Source: Octopus bimaculoides
Taxonomy: Eukaryota
DNA length: 64,000 nucleotides
Direction of reading: 5' to 3'
Assembly (NCBI RefSeq): GCF_001194135.2
Contig: NC_068999.1
Location: forward strand, 3,273,781-3,337,780
Under the pieces are notes generated by a model. The model saw nothing but the letters and a program-made list of their open reading frames with translations, had not been told where the DNA came from and did not search any database. Shown here one piece after another: positions 1 through 13,784 of this stretch; the first letter of the stretch is position 1, and the number at the start of each line of letters is the position of its first letter. Made by a program: the position numbers and the translations under genes.

Positions 1-3
1 CAG

Positions 4-64
<61 letters not shown>

Positions 65-665
65 TCCTCCCTCCCACTGTTACACACTAAATCACTTCTA
101 TGTGTGTGTGAGTGGGTGTGTACACTTGTGTGGTGGGGGTTTCCCTTCCACTCACATTGTGGCTATGTATTTTCTACCTGACTGTCACAGAATTTTTCCT
201 CTCAAAGACAACTGCAGAGGAAAGGAAGATATTTCTAATTTCTTGCAGATGTTTTTCCGTGTCTTCTCCATAAATTTCCTCGACCGTTTTTCTTGTCTTT
301 TTCTTTCTAATTATTACTCTGTTACATTGCTAATTGGGCCAGCATTCTTAACGAAATCATTACATAGCAAGCTGTCATATTGCAAATAGAAAACCCACAA
401 AGCATTATTCTTCTTCCTCATTCAACGTCTCCACCAAAATAAATTTATTTTTATTACTATTTATATATATAAATATATATATATACATATACATACATAT
501 ATATATATATATTTACATATATGTATCTTTACACATAACTATATTTTCAAACAGAAAAAAGAAATTATATATATATCGATACATAGACGTGACGTGCATT
601 TATACTTACATACAAATATATATATATATGTGTGTGTTTGCATGTAAGTGTTGACGGATGTTTCC

Positions 666-845
666 ATGGAATGCTTAAGACTTCGATTCTGCTGGAGACG
701 GGTCCAAAATGTGTTACCTGTCTCCGCGACTGATTCCAAACATAGATGTGTTTATAACCCAAATAGCGGCCAGACGGAGACATCACCAACACATAATGGA
801 TTATTAAACCAAGCACCTAAGTCACCTAATCACGCTCAATCTCAG
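666..845 (+). CDS. Candidate alternative first coding exon of the DOCK-D gene (MECLRLRFCWRRVQNVLPVSATDSKHRCVYNPNSGQTETSPTHNGLLNQAPKSPNHAQSQ), GC donor
   Basis: ATG at 666 opens 60 non-repetitive codons ending CAG|gcaagg, followed by T-rich intron-like sequence. Phase 0 fits exon 52027. CpGs are visibly denser than background. No homology support. Confidence 0.45.
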
Positions 846-1278
846 GCAAGGCAAACTCTTTTTACCTTTTTTTTTCTCTTTCTTTGATTCTAATGATTCA
901 TTGCTAATTCTGTTGATTGCCCTGCCAGTCTTTTGGCCATTACTGCTGTATTCCTCCACATTTACCATTTCTCTTGTCAACTGGTCTCTCTTGTGTCTTC
1001 CCTTTCTTTATGCACACACACATACATAAATGCATGCATGCCTACACACACACACACATATATATATATATGTATATATATAGTAAAGTTTATTTGCCAA
1101 CAGAATGTGGCAGCCCTATAAAGGACGATGTTACTGTTGTTTAAGCCCCAGGGAAACATGTTTGCCATCTGGCTACCGACACACAGTCTGTGTCCGTATA
1201 TATGTATATCAAACATATATGCATGTTATGTATAAGTGTGTGTGTGTATTGGAAGGCAGACATTAAACGAAGATGATG

Positions 1279-1321
<43 letters not shown>

Positions 1322-2229
1322 ACGAGTGAGTGGACAAATGTAAGAAGGGCACTCAACCAATTTATTGGGAGTTACATGTATGGATCAAAACAGTTTGATT
1401 CAAATTCGTTGGTACTCTTGTAAGAAACACACACATACACACACACACATATATATCTCATCATCATCATCATCATCATCATCATTTAGTGTCTGTGGTT
1501 TGGATGCTTCAGATTTGTCTGCTTGTCAGTTTATCTGTCTCTCAGTCAGTCTAATTATGTACACACCCATCGTCAGCATTAATGTCCATTTTCCAGGGTA
1601 GCATGGGTTGGATGGTTTGACAGGATCCAGCGAGCAGCAGGGCTACGTTGGACTCCAGTACACACACACATATATACATTTACACACACACACATATAAA
1701 ATTGAGGCAGGGCAGTGCTTGTGATACTGTGCAGGACATCTAAGACAAGTGGGAGGAGGGAACAAAGGCATCCTGAAATCAAAGACCAGGTCCAAACACT
1801 TGCAACAAAGTATTGGGAGGGGGGTGTATCTATGAAAGCGGATCTGCCAAGCTGCCGCCAGGTGTGGTGTTAAATTGGTCTATGGACTAAGCCCATCACC
1901 CAAATATATCATGGTGAGATTTGAACTCCCGGTGCAAAGAGTCAGAACAACTACCACAACGATTGCCATCTGTCACTCTACTGACTCTGCTAGTTCACCA
2001 TCTTAGACTGGTACTTTATATATTGACCTTGGGACAATGAAATACAGAGTTGCTCTTGGAGGGATTTGAGCTTAAAACATAAAGAACCAGAGTAAATGCC
2101 ACAAGGAATTTTGTCCAAAACTCAACTGATTCTGCTGTCCCACTGCCTGTACCTATGTATTATGTCTAAATGTACAAATGCTTAGTTCCAAGGACCACTA
2201 ACAAATAATGTGTCTACATGCGTGTATGC

Positions 2230-2265
<36 letters not shown>

Positions 2266-2430
2266 CAATGCAACGATTGGTTGTGTTAAACTATTGATTT
2301 CTGTGCGTAAAATATTTCAAATTGTAAATTGTAACTCTGAGTAAAACATTTTCTTATTTACTTCTTCAAAGACTTTCTGTTGGTTCCATGTTTCTCACTT
2401 CCTACTTAACCATTTTATCGCTTGAGAAAG

Positions 2431-2461
<31 letters not shown>

Positions 2462-2583
2462 TGGACAGACCTAAAGTTTCTTACTAAATGGAGATGTTGC
2501 CTAATTACTCGCAGTGTGTATATAAGTATTTCAAGTTGTATAATATCTATGCTTGGCTGTAATCAGCAATGAGTAAATATAAT

Positions 2584-2617
<34 letters not shown>

Positions 2618-3163
2618 ATATGTGCAGATACACACACATGTGTAGTTAAACATGTAAATGCACACAGTGATGTCACTCTTCAACATGTCCCCTTTTCCTC
2701 TATGTTAAGTTTTCTTATGTTTTGGCTTGAAAACTTCAAACCACACACACACATCCTGAGTGTGTGTAAATAGCGTAAACAGACTCATTATCACGTGTGT
2801 GTAGAGAGAGAAAGAGAGAGAGAGAGAGAGAGGAACTTTTCAATATTACAACCATGCAAATGAAAATATATATATACATATATTTATACATAATTGTGTG
2901 TGTGTGTGTGTGTGTGTGTGTTGAGAGAGATAAAGACAAACAGACCAGACAAATAAAAAAAATATATATATACATATATGTGTGTATGTATATGTAATTT
3001 ACATTTCTGACATTTAAATTATATTTTTGCCATTTAAAACAAAACACACACACACAACTATATTTGACATTAACGATTTCACTGTGTTTATTTTGGCCTG
3101 TATTTCTATAAAATTGTATCTTGATATTCATTCAATTTACTATGTGATTACACACACGCACAC

Positions 3164-3225
<62 letters not shown>

Positions 3226-3959
3226 GTGTGCACCCATAAAGTTGCCATACTTCTTACATATGATTTATTTGTTGTTAGCATGTTTATATTAAATATGTTT
3301 TGTCTCAGATGTGCTAATGAAACACTAATTAATTTTCTCATTAAAACCTTAGTAATTGCTAGGTTAACTTTGAAGATGTCTGTTAATTAGAGGTGTACTT
3401 TTACTTCCCCTGGCAAGCCTATTGTTATGGCAACTACTTTGTGTATGTTTGTGTGTATGTTTACATGTATGTGTGAATGCATGTCTTTATAAGCATGATT
3501 GTGTGTGTGTGTATATATATATATATACAATATATACGCGCGCATGTGTGTTTGTGTGATCTCCAATGTATCACAATAGGTAAACAATAGCAACATTGAT
3601 CTGATGTTTATAGATTTCCAACTGATCAATCACTGATTCCATGTACTTCTCTGAGTATTTGTTACTCACTGCAGAAGAAATATCACAATAAATGTGGTTC
3701 ACAAAATGCCGGGTCTCTGTTGTTTTTTTAATCAATATCACCAAAAGATATATACATTTATCTCTCTCCCCCCCCACACACACTTGCACTAATATCGAAC
3801 AATGAGAATGAGTGGCCAACACTGCATTGGTGGCTAAATATTCTTTATTTGTTGTTAACAAGGCTGCCATTGGTTTCATGCTTTGAGAAATTTCTCAACA
3901 ACTATCAAGCCTGTCACATGAAACATTGGTATTCATCTCCATCATGGAGATGAGTAAAA

Positions 3960-3990
<31 letters not shown>

Positions 3991-4283
3991 CATCTAATGT
4001 CTATTATATTTATATGTACATATATGTGTGTATGGTTTGTGTGCGTGTATATGTATGTATACTGTTGTGAATAACTATTGTAAGATATATACTGAGGTGG
4101 AATGGTACTTCTCAAAGAGACTCATGTGTTAACACACACACAAATAATTCAGAAGGTCATCAGACATAGCTTGACTTAGAACATCTGATCAACACTGAAG
4201 AGACTAATTCACATTGAAACACCAGTGTCTGACGTTCCATACATATATGCATATCTTGGCAAATGTGTATGTACATATATATA

Positions 4284-4700
4284 GGCACAGGTGTAGCTGT
4301 GTGGTAAGAAGTTTGCTTCCCAACCACATGGTTCCAGGTTCACTCTGCTTGTATGGCACCATAGATAAGCGTCTTCTACTTTACTCTTCAAGCCACCCAA
4401 AGCCTTGTGAGTGGATTTGGCAGATGGAATCTTAAAGAATCCTGTTATATGTATGTGTATCCGTGCATGTGTGTGTGTGTGTGTGTGTGTGTGTCTGTCT
4501 GTTTGTCTCTCTCCACCATTTGACAACCAGTGTTGGTGCGTTTAAGTCCCCATAACTTAGCAGTTCGGTAAAAGAAACCGATAAAATAAGTACCAGGTTT
4601 AAAAGAAAATAATAAGACCTAGGGTCGATTCATCTGACTAAAATTCTTGAAGTCGGTGCTCCAGCATGACCGCAGTGCAATGACTGAAATAAGTTAAAGA
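4284..4700 (+). mobile_element. tRNA-derived SINE (Octopus OK-type family), full length
   Basis: tRNA-like head (GCTGTGTGGTAAGAAG..GGTTCCAGGTTCA), body CCAAAGCCTTGTGAGTGGATTTGG, internal (TG)n, tail GGTGCTCCAGCATGACCGCAG..TGACTGAAA. Many homologous copies in the window. Confidence 0.85.
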
Positions 4701-4748
4701 ATATATTTATATGTGCGTGTATATATAAATGTGTGTGTGTGCTTACAT

Positions 4749-4792
<44 letters not shown>

Positions 4793-5215
4793 TTATATTG
4801 GTGATTGAAGTTGTACAATCAAAACCAATCCTGGTGTGACCATCCCACCTTTCACTGTAGTAACAGGCAGTATTATTATTATTAAGACAATAAGGTCTGA
4901 TGTAAGAGAAAGTTGGCTGTTATTTCTACCAGGTCAAGCAGTCATATAGAAACCCCACATATATTTAGTGGGAAAGGGTGTTGGTGGTGATGGGGGTGGG
5001 GGTGTTTGTTGGGGGATTTATGGAGAACTGAAGGCTAGAGGTCTTCGTTTCGTCTTTACTCGTTTTGTATCGTTTCGAGTGGAGATAAGAGATGTAATTA
5101 ACTGTGTGATTAGTGGCAGAAGAGATAAGAAGCAGGTGAGACAGGTGAGGCGATACCTTCTTCAGCAGAAGCAGCTGTTTACTTGCGAATTGATGGATGT
5201 TGGATTCACTTAGCT

Positions 5216-5262
<47 letters not shown>

Positions 5263-5380
5263 TGGGGAGACATAACAAGCTGACCTCTTGACACAGGGAG
5301 GGCTCCTGACTGATGAGATATATGTATGTGTGTATGTGTGTGTGTATATATATGTGTGTGTGTGTGTGTGTGTAATTTGT

Positions 5381-5754
5381 TTTTACTGGTTTCAGTCATT
5401 AGACTGAGGCCATGCTGGGGCACTGTTTTGGAGAATTTTTAGGCAAGTGAATCAACCTCAGGTTTGTTTTTTCTTTAAAACCTGGTACTTATTCTGTTGG
5501 ACGCATTTGCTGAACCACTAAGTTACAGGGACATAAACACACCAGCACTGGTTGTCAAGCGGTGGTGGGAGACAAACACAGACTCAAAAACCCTCCCCCC
5601 ACACATATATACGACAAGCTTCTTTCAGTTTCCATCTACCGAATCCACTCGGCTCAAGCCCATAATAGAAGACACTTGCCCAAGGTGCTGCACAGTGGGA
5701 CTGAACTTGGAACCATGTAATTGGGAAGCAAGCTTCTTACCACACAGCCACACC
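5381..5754 (-). mobile_element. OK-type SINE, reverse orientation
   Basis: Reverse complement of the same head, body and tail as 4284-4700. Confidence 0.85.
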
Positions 5755-8627
5755 TTAAGAGAAGTAGGTGGGTGGGGGTGTCCCCATCAACCCAGACCCA
5801 CCTTTCTGTATATTTCTGGTGATGATATTAAATGAATATCGAAATGTCACCCTCCGCTTCTCTGCTGGCAAAAGAGATATAGAGATAACATTTCCCCGAC
5901 TGGGTATGTCTCGGTGTTAAATGAATAACGTGACACTTGCCATTGTTTCAGGTTTGTTCCACTAAAAGTTAGGTTATTACATGATGTATGGAATGTAATT
6001 ATTGTGTGTAGGAGTAGTGGATGGGTTTGGTATTTGAGCCCCGAGGCAGATGGAGTGGGTGCTGAGCAAAGATCTCAGTGCTGTGAAAATCCATTTACAA
6101 AAAGTAAAGAATTGTATAAAAATAGGATTTCTATAAGAAGATACAGTGACAATTTGAAAATGTTCTTATCATCATGCTGTTTTTTTCCATGTTGGCATGG
6201 GCTGGACAAGACTTACTGAGATAGTGTTTTTGTGACTGGGTACCCCTCCTGTTGCCAACCTTTACCTGTTTTTCTAAGTTGTTGTTCTTTCATTCCAGTG
6301 GTCTGGATATGGTGAAACCACTTAGCTGCAGCCATCTTATTTTTGCAGAGGATGCGAACATGACGTAATGGTTGCCCAGTGTTGTGTGAAGATGTGAAAG
6401 AAGAAACACGCACACACACTCATTCTCTCTCTTTCACACGCACACACACACACACACATACACACACATTGTCATGATGGGGTCTTTATACTGTTTCTGT
6501 CTACCAGTTTCACTCACCTGGCATCGGTCAGCTAAAGGCTATAGTAGAAGACCAACGGTGCCCCACAGTGGGTGGCACCTGGAACCACATGTTTACTACA
6601 ACCACAGCCATAATTGCACCTCAGATATTATTTACTTTTATTTATTTTTTATTTAAATTTCTTCCTTGTTTTCTATTTCACATCTGAAATATCCATCTCT
6701 GAAATGTATTCCTTAAAATGTTCTTTGTTCTCTCTGTTGTTCAGAAGTAAATTTATCTTAGATTAAGAATTAAAAGACTATTAAAGCAACAACTAGTTCA
6801 GCCGGTAAACAAAAGTCAGCTTATCTTTTGTTAATCTCTCTTGTACCTTTTATAGCTTTAGGGAAGATTAAAGTGATCATTTATCTAGCTACAGTTTACA
6901 CTATGCTACACTTCCTGGCAAATTTAAGGAATTATTCCCTTACTGTTCTCATGATTTCCATGTTTCTTTCAAAACATTGTAACAAAGAAAATGGTTTTTT
7001 TCATGTAAACATTTTGGATTCTCAATAGAAATAATGGAATTTTTTTGTTTTCCATGATTTATAAACCATTTTTTACTCTCTGATCTTTTTAACTCCCTAC
7101 CATTAATACCACCTACTGTGCCAACTATAGAACTTCTTCATGGTTGTTTAATATCCTAGAATTAGCTGCCAAATTTTCTTCAGATCCCACCCCACACTCT
7201 TAAGAAAGGGAAAGAACATTGAATAATGTACTTCTAGATACACAGTGTCAGGCAATGTGGAACAGAATGGCCACAGATGGAATATTAGTTAAACTTAAGA
7301 CTGACTACCGACCACAAGTCTGGTCTGTCAGAGCTGACCCCCCCCCCCCCCNNNNNNNNNNNNNNNNNNNNNNNNNNNNNNNNNNNNNNNNNNNNNNNNC
7401 CCCCCGGGGTGAAATAATAACAATAAGCACAGATACCATTCTCTAAAACCACTCACTTCCTTTCTTTCTTCCATCTACAAAGCAATGAGAAGAATATAAT
7501 TGCAAAGTAGCGGAATAATTCTCCAACATTATTGGCTTTCAATGTCGGTGAAAGAATATATATGTTGACCAGCCTTTACTTTTAGTTGCAAATGTTATAT
7601 TTTATTGACTTCTCTACACACAGCCCTTTATTACCAATTCTTTCTTTCTGGTTCTATGTTGTCTGCAAATATTTACCATCCTCAGCCTTTTTTAGATTCT
7701 TTGCATTGAAATATTCTTGATTCCTAAACCTCTTTGATAATTTGCCATTGATGCTGGTGATAAAATCCATTTGGAGTTATTTAAAGATTAATACTATAGA
7801 TTAATCCCACTCTTTTGTCAGATTTTAGATTCTAAAGAATCTGAAGAAGTTTCTAGAATAAGTGCTGACCATAAATCGAAGAACAGACTTGTTTTGTTGT
7901 CTTTTTTTATTTTATTGTTTTAGTTTTATCTTAATTTTACAAGATTTTGAATGTAAAAAAATATTTTATTTCTTGGAATCTTTTAAAAATTCGTTTTGTG
8001 ATCAACTGGTTTCACAGCTGGGTGCTTTCCCGACCCTTAACCACTCATCCATGAAGAGGGGTGAATCATGTGATCAGTTACTCTGCCACTTATCTCCTCT
8101 TGCATAATCAGCTGCTGGAAATAGTAGTCAAATATAGAGAGAGAACATCTCTCGTTCACACACACACACACGTTCACACACACACACACACACACACACA
8201 AGATATTCCACTCTAGATAATGAAAGTCAGTATCACACATCTGGGCAAACTCTATGTGGTTACTCAACTTGCAAGAAATAGCAGTTAAGTTCCCCTCAAA
8301 TCATATCCTGCTATCTTACAAAATGAAGGCCTCACTACATAATGTAGTTCTTATACAGTTTGTGTGAAGAAAAGACTGGTTAGTTGAGGTTGGAACATCT
8401 TTGGTCAAGGATTTCTGGGTCAAGCAATTACTTTAAACTTTATTTCCATCACAATGTTTTCGTTCACACACAGATAAATTTTTCACTAAAGACCTTAATG
8501 GTTGTAAAAACACTATCTCAGTGGATAGACTAAAAAAAGGCCTTCATAGAGAAAACTGTCCCTGTTCTCACTGCAGATGACACACACGCAGTATTACAAA
8601 CACCGCCCGCACACCCACCTTTAACTT

Positions 8628-8787
8628 AATTTTTGAGAACGGTCAGGTTCATTTTTAGGATTCTCGTTTGTGAGAGCAGTCGAGATTATTTCAGATATTC
8701 TCATTTTAAAAATCATCTCCAACTAATCGTTGAGAGGATGTTGGTGTTGCCTTGGTGGCAGTTCTCACTCTTTGAGTGTTCTTGTTA
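8628..8787 (+). mobile_element. Helentron/HINE-like element, 3' part
   Basis: GGTTCATTTTTAGGATTCTCGTTTGTGAGAGCAGTCGAG..GCCTTGGTGGCAGTTCTCACTCTTTGAGTGTTCTTGTTATT. Confidence 0.6.
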
Positions 8788-10542
8788 TTATTTACTATTA
8801 TCATTATTGGTACAAGGTGATGGATTGCCATGAAGAACAATAAATTGGTAAACTTGTTAGAGTTGCAGGCAAAATGCCTTGTGGTATTTATTATAGCTAT
8901 TTATGTTCTGAGTTAAATTACTGCCTTTCATCATTTTGGAGATTGATAAAATCAAGTACCAGTCATGTGCTGGGAGTCGGGGGTGGGGTCAGTAGAATCT
9001 CTCAAATTTCTGGCTTTGTGCTTGTGTTAGAAATTATAATTGTTGTTATTGTTGTTGTTACATGTCAGAAGTGAAATTCCATGTAGAATATATTTCAACC
9101 AGTTTGGTTGTGAAAGAAGACTGGAGGAATTTAGAGAAGCTTTCAATGTTAAAAGGGAGGAGAGATGGCAGTAGTAAATGGCAAAGAATGCTGTAGAATA
9201 TTCCTTTGTGTGTGTGTGTGTGTACGTACAGGTGCATACACACAAACAAATAGGAATGCGTGTGTGTGTGCATGTGTCTGTCTGTCTGTTTCTCTCTTGA
9301 GGAAAATGGATGACAAGAAAAGGTTGCTTGGGAACCACAAAACATGTTTGATGTTGATCAGTTCAGTGTGAGGTGAGAGAGTTCTGAAACCCCTAAAGAG
9401 GGCATTAACTGTACTAGATCACACTGCATCAGGGTCCTCTCTTGAAGGCGGCCAGTCTTAAAATAACAGCAAATAACATAACAAGGATAAACAGAAAGTA
9501 GGAGAGAGTTCGTGGAATGTTGATAATTTTTGATTAATGCAAAGAGAAATGGAATGTCTACCACCATTAGTTTGGTCTCTCTTCCCCTGCAGTGGTGAGA
9601 TAGAAAATAGAAACTAGAGAAATATGCAAAGGTGTTGCTAGTCTGTTCGTCCCACTTCATTGACTTTGTCTAATCTATGCTCTGCTCACAGCAGCCTGAA
9701 ATGGTAAATTTCTTGTACTTCTCATGACAATGGAACTTATTTTCTATGGTTCTTTGGATTCTTGTGTTTATCTTAAGAAGTATTATCGTGTTGTGTAATG
9801 TTGTACCATTGTCCTACCATACTTTATTGTAGAATGTTGTTATACTACTGTCAGACCATACTGCATTATACAACATTGTTGTACCATTGTCACACCATGC
9901 TATAATGTGCAACAACAACAACATCTGTTTTACTCCCACTCCCCACCCACTCTCTAAACGACATTGGGTTTTTAATACATTGTGAAACCCATTGGTGATT
10001 TGAATTTGTGTTCTCTTTGCTACAATGTCCTGAAACTCTGCTCTTAATATTGTTATTTAGGCCCAGGTCGGACCTGGCTGAAAGTATTCCATCCATGGCC
10101 ATCCTGTGTTGTTGTATATCTGTAAGCACATTATCCTAATGTTCCCTTCCATTTTTAAGATGGTAGAATCTGATTTAAGAGTGACTTGATTGTTATTTCT
10201 AGCAGAATGACTCACTTTGCTGAGGCCCCCCCCCACCAACTCTCCATTGAGGAGGCTTTGTTAGTGATGAGATTATAAAAACAAGGGGTAAATATTCCAA
10301 AAGGTTGGGTACTCCTGGTGATAAGGGTGTTGTTATGTTATCAGTCAGATGTTTAAATGAGATATCAAGCAGAGAATGGAGAAAATTGCTGGTGTTGCTT
10401 AAATAGCCAGAATTTAGCTGGAGTTGACGAAAATGGCTTATTTTGCTAAATTAGACATTTCAAACAGATGTTGAATAGAACTGCTTCTGTTGTCAAATTC
10501 GGCCAAAATGTGTAGGGGAAGGGCTTCCTCGGTTCCACTGTT

Positions 10543-10748
10543 TAGCATTCAGCTTCTTCTCTCAAATGAAATGTTTATTTATTCACATTGTTTTGAATTA
10601 ATCATGTGTTTATCTGTAGCTTCTGTGATTGTATGTTTTTAGAATGACATTGTAGGGTATGCATGAAAGACTAGATCTGACCTGTTCTGAACATAAGACA
10701 AGTAGACTTTTTGGGGCTGCATATGGATGGTTCAGATGCTAAATGGTT
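10543..10748. mobile_element. Degenerate copy of the MITE at 59418
   Basis: Shares ATTTATTCACATTGTTTTGAATTAATCATG and the AGGGTA..GAACATAA..ATGCTAAATGGTT end. Confidence 0.6.
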
Positions 10749-10997
10749 GGTGGTGATGAAAAGGACGTAACTGACGTTGTTAAAATATTCCTATCTGATG
10801 CATGTAAACTAAGGACGTGAGGAGAAGAAAGCCCTACATTGCTTAGACCCAGCTCAGAATTGTTGGGCAGGGTTGTTTAAGTGAACATTAAGAGACTCTG
10901 CTTTTAAGGAAATGGTGACATACGCTGCTTCAACATGTCTAACAGAATGTATTTGTGGGTTGAGAATTAGGAAAACGATTTACACTGCTTAAAAAAG

Positions 10998-11292
10998 GAC
11001 CTGTCTAAAGGTTGTTGAGGAATTTGGCTTATGTTGTTTAAACAGACCCATCTAATAGATTTTTGAAGAAGACCTATCAGACAAATGTAGAGAAGACTGG
11101 CTTATCTTCTCTAAATAGACCCATCTAATAGATGTTGAAGAAGCTGGCTTGTTTAAATAGACCTATCAGACAAAAGTAGAGAAGACTGGCTTATCTTCTT
11201 TAAGTAGACCCATCTAATAGATGTTGAAGAGGATGTCCTGTTTAAATAGACTTAACAGATGTAGATGAGATTGGCTTATCTTGTCTAAATAG
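10998..11292 (+). repeat. Minisatellite with alternating A/B units of about 43-46 bp
   Basis: AGACCCATCTAATAGATGTTGAAGA.. alternates with AGACCTATCAGACAAA.GTAGAGAAGACTGGCTTATCTT.., three cycles. Confidence 0.8.
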
Positions 11293-12014
11293 AGATTAAT
11301 CTAAGAGGTCTGACAGAAAGTATATTGGCAATGCAGAAAATGACTGATGTGACTTCGACACAATCCCACAGACATTATCAAAAGCAGTCGTTATAATTGG
11401 GATCAGAAATTATGTTGTTTAGAGGCACAGCTGATAGGAGATCTATTTGAAACTGTGGTTATATTGAGGTTTTAATGACAATAGGAACTTTCTGAAGAAA
11501 CAGAAACACTCCTGACACATATTTTTAGCTGTCATATGATCTCCTCAGTTCCACCAGAACAACAATACTTGGTATTATTCCTTCCTAATGGGGAATTCTG
11601 TCCTGTTGTCATGTCACCTCATCTACTGCCCCCCCCTCCTTTTCTAGTAACTGCTTTTATACCTCCCACCTCAGAACTGTGGTGTGTAGACCAGTAAGGG
11701 AACCTTTTTTTACTTGATCCATTAGAAATAGAAACCAAATCAGACTTATTGTGTTGGACAAGAGGAAGGACACATTGGAAATTGTAGCCCTAGATATATT
11801 ACTTGAATGAAGGATAGGGTGATCATATCAATATCATTGTCATTACAATGCCTTCCATACCGGTCCAGTTCATATGATCTGCCCCATCAGACACAACAGA
11901 GGAACCCAGCCAAATTTAGTGTTGTAAATGTTTTACTCTGTGAACCGGACGAGTTTTATCTTGGCACTGGAGAGGTTGTTTAGAGAGGAAACCCTCTACT
12001 TTGTATTAGTTGTT

Positions 12015-12195
12015 TATAGCCACTTCTCTGTTAAATGGGCTTCTCCACAGTTTCCCCTCTGGCAAATGCCACTCACAAGGTGTTGATCAACCTAAGGCTG
12101 TGGTAGATGACTCATAGTCAAAGTGGTGCATAGTGGGATCAAATCTGGAACGATGCCATTGTGAAATTGTTAAGCACACAGCCATGCTTGTACAA
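12015..12195 (-). mobile_element. Degenerate OK-type SINE 5' part
   Basis: Diverged match (ACTCACAAGG..AGTGGGATCAAATCTGG..CACACAGCCATG). A similarly decayed copy lies at about 6500-6620. Confidence 0.55.
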
Positions 12196-13522
12196 GTGCT
12201 AAATGTTATCCTCATTCAGCTGTCTTTTACCATTCCAATGGATTAGCTGTGTGTCTACCAAACTTATTGAACACAATGTTTCATAATGCAGTAACCGCAA
12301 TGGTGTAGGAATTTTTTTTTAACCAAACAGCAGTTATTGAGTTATGTCTGTCTGTCTGGGAATATTTATTACTCAGTATCCAACATCCATCTCCACTGAA
12401 AGCAGCAGCAGCCATAGCAGCGATGGTAGTGGCAGCAGCTGTCAGCAAATATTACTCACCAAGAAATGGAAGAGCTGAAAATGACTCCCCCAGTTCAGTT
12501 GAGCTGTCATCTGCTTCAAGTTACATCCTTTGACACCCGTTAGGGAACAGTTAGTCCAATTGACTTTTTTAAGGAATTATAGTAATACTCTAATTGTTGT
12601 TGTTGTACAATTTGGGGTGTTTCATATTTGAGGATTATCCGTCATCACATCCTAATTCATTGTCGACCCATATTTCTTGTGAAATATCAGAAGTAAGAAA
12701 CCCCCACTTCTCCTCTGTCTGCTCCCTTTTTATTTGGAAACTTCCTGTTTTACTAAATTAATTGAAACCATATTCTTGCTGTTGTAATGGCCTATATTCA
12801 CATTCCACACATGTTTCTTCCATAACCTCACAGATTCTTCTATAGAATTTCCTTCATTTCATTCGATTCCATTTTCTTGGTTTGTTTTCCTTCGCTCGTT
12901 TCTTTGTGAATCACTCTCAATATTTGTCCTGTTAATGATCCTGATTACTTCCACTAATTAACTATGAAATCTTGCTTCACTTGTTTTCTAATCAACGCAC
13001 AAACCCTAAACCCTCACTTTACTCCCCCCCCCNNNNNNNNNNNNNNNNNNNNNNCCGATTTCCTGTCATGCCCTCCCCCGCCTAAATTATGGTGTTATTC
13101 TTCTGCAAGAATTTCTCTGTTGCTTATAAATTCTTCACTGCAAAAAAATTTCCAAGTTGAGTCAAAAGGATTATCTCCTTTCTCAGTGCTGTTGTTTAAC
13201 CCCAGGTTTGTCCTCTTCCAGCCGACCCATGATCAAAGGTTTTCTACCAATAACCAACCTGTCTTTAAGGATGTCACGAACTACATTATTTAATGCATCC
13301 TTCCTTTATTTAAGAAAACATGATGTGATTTGGCTACTATTTCCATCAAGTCAAGTGACCACATAAAGGCTCCTTCAATCACTTATGCTGTTGTTTATCT
13401 CCATTAAAATCTGCTTGAATAAACTAGGAGTCTGTAGAATTGGTGAGAATGGACTTTTGAGGCTGTACCACTCGAGGTAAATTTCTGTCTGAAATATATC
13501 TACAATACACTGTATCTACAGG

Positions 13523-13784
13523 CAGCACTGTGGAGTCAAAACAAAAAACTTTGACTCTGACTCCAACACTATTGGCAACTCTGATTCTGACTCCTCTTTA
13601 TGTAATTAAGTGATTGTTGTCTACATATCTCATAAAGCATACGTTTGTACTTTGTGTAGGCCTATATGTTATAACTGGTTTATATTAAAGAATAAAAATA
13701 TTGTGAGTCAGAGTCAGTATAATTTTACCGACTCCGACACCCCCTAACTATTTCTGACTCCATGACTCTGACTCCACAGCCCTG
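13523..13784. mobile_element. hAT-type MITE with 8-bp TSD
   Basis: TIRs CAGCACTGTGGAGTC / GACTCCACAGCCCTG (13 of 15 matching), subterminal (GACTCT/GACTCC)n repeats, flanks TCTACAGG / TCTACAAG. Confidence 0.8.

Noticed and set aside
7480-7900. Possible decayed coding sequence on the minus strand (MDFITSINGKLSKRFRNQEY...)
   Set aside because: Multiple stops and no family motif recognised.
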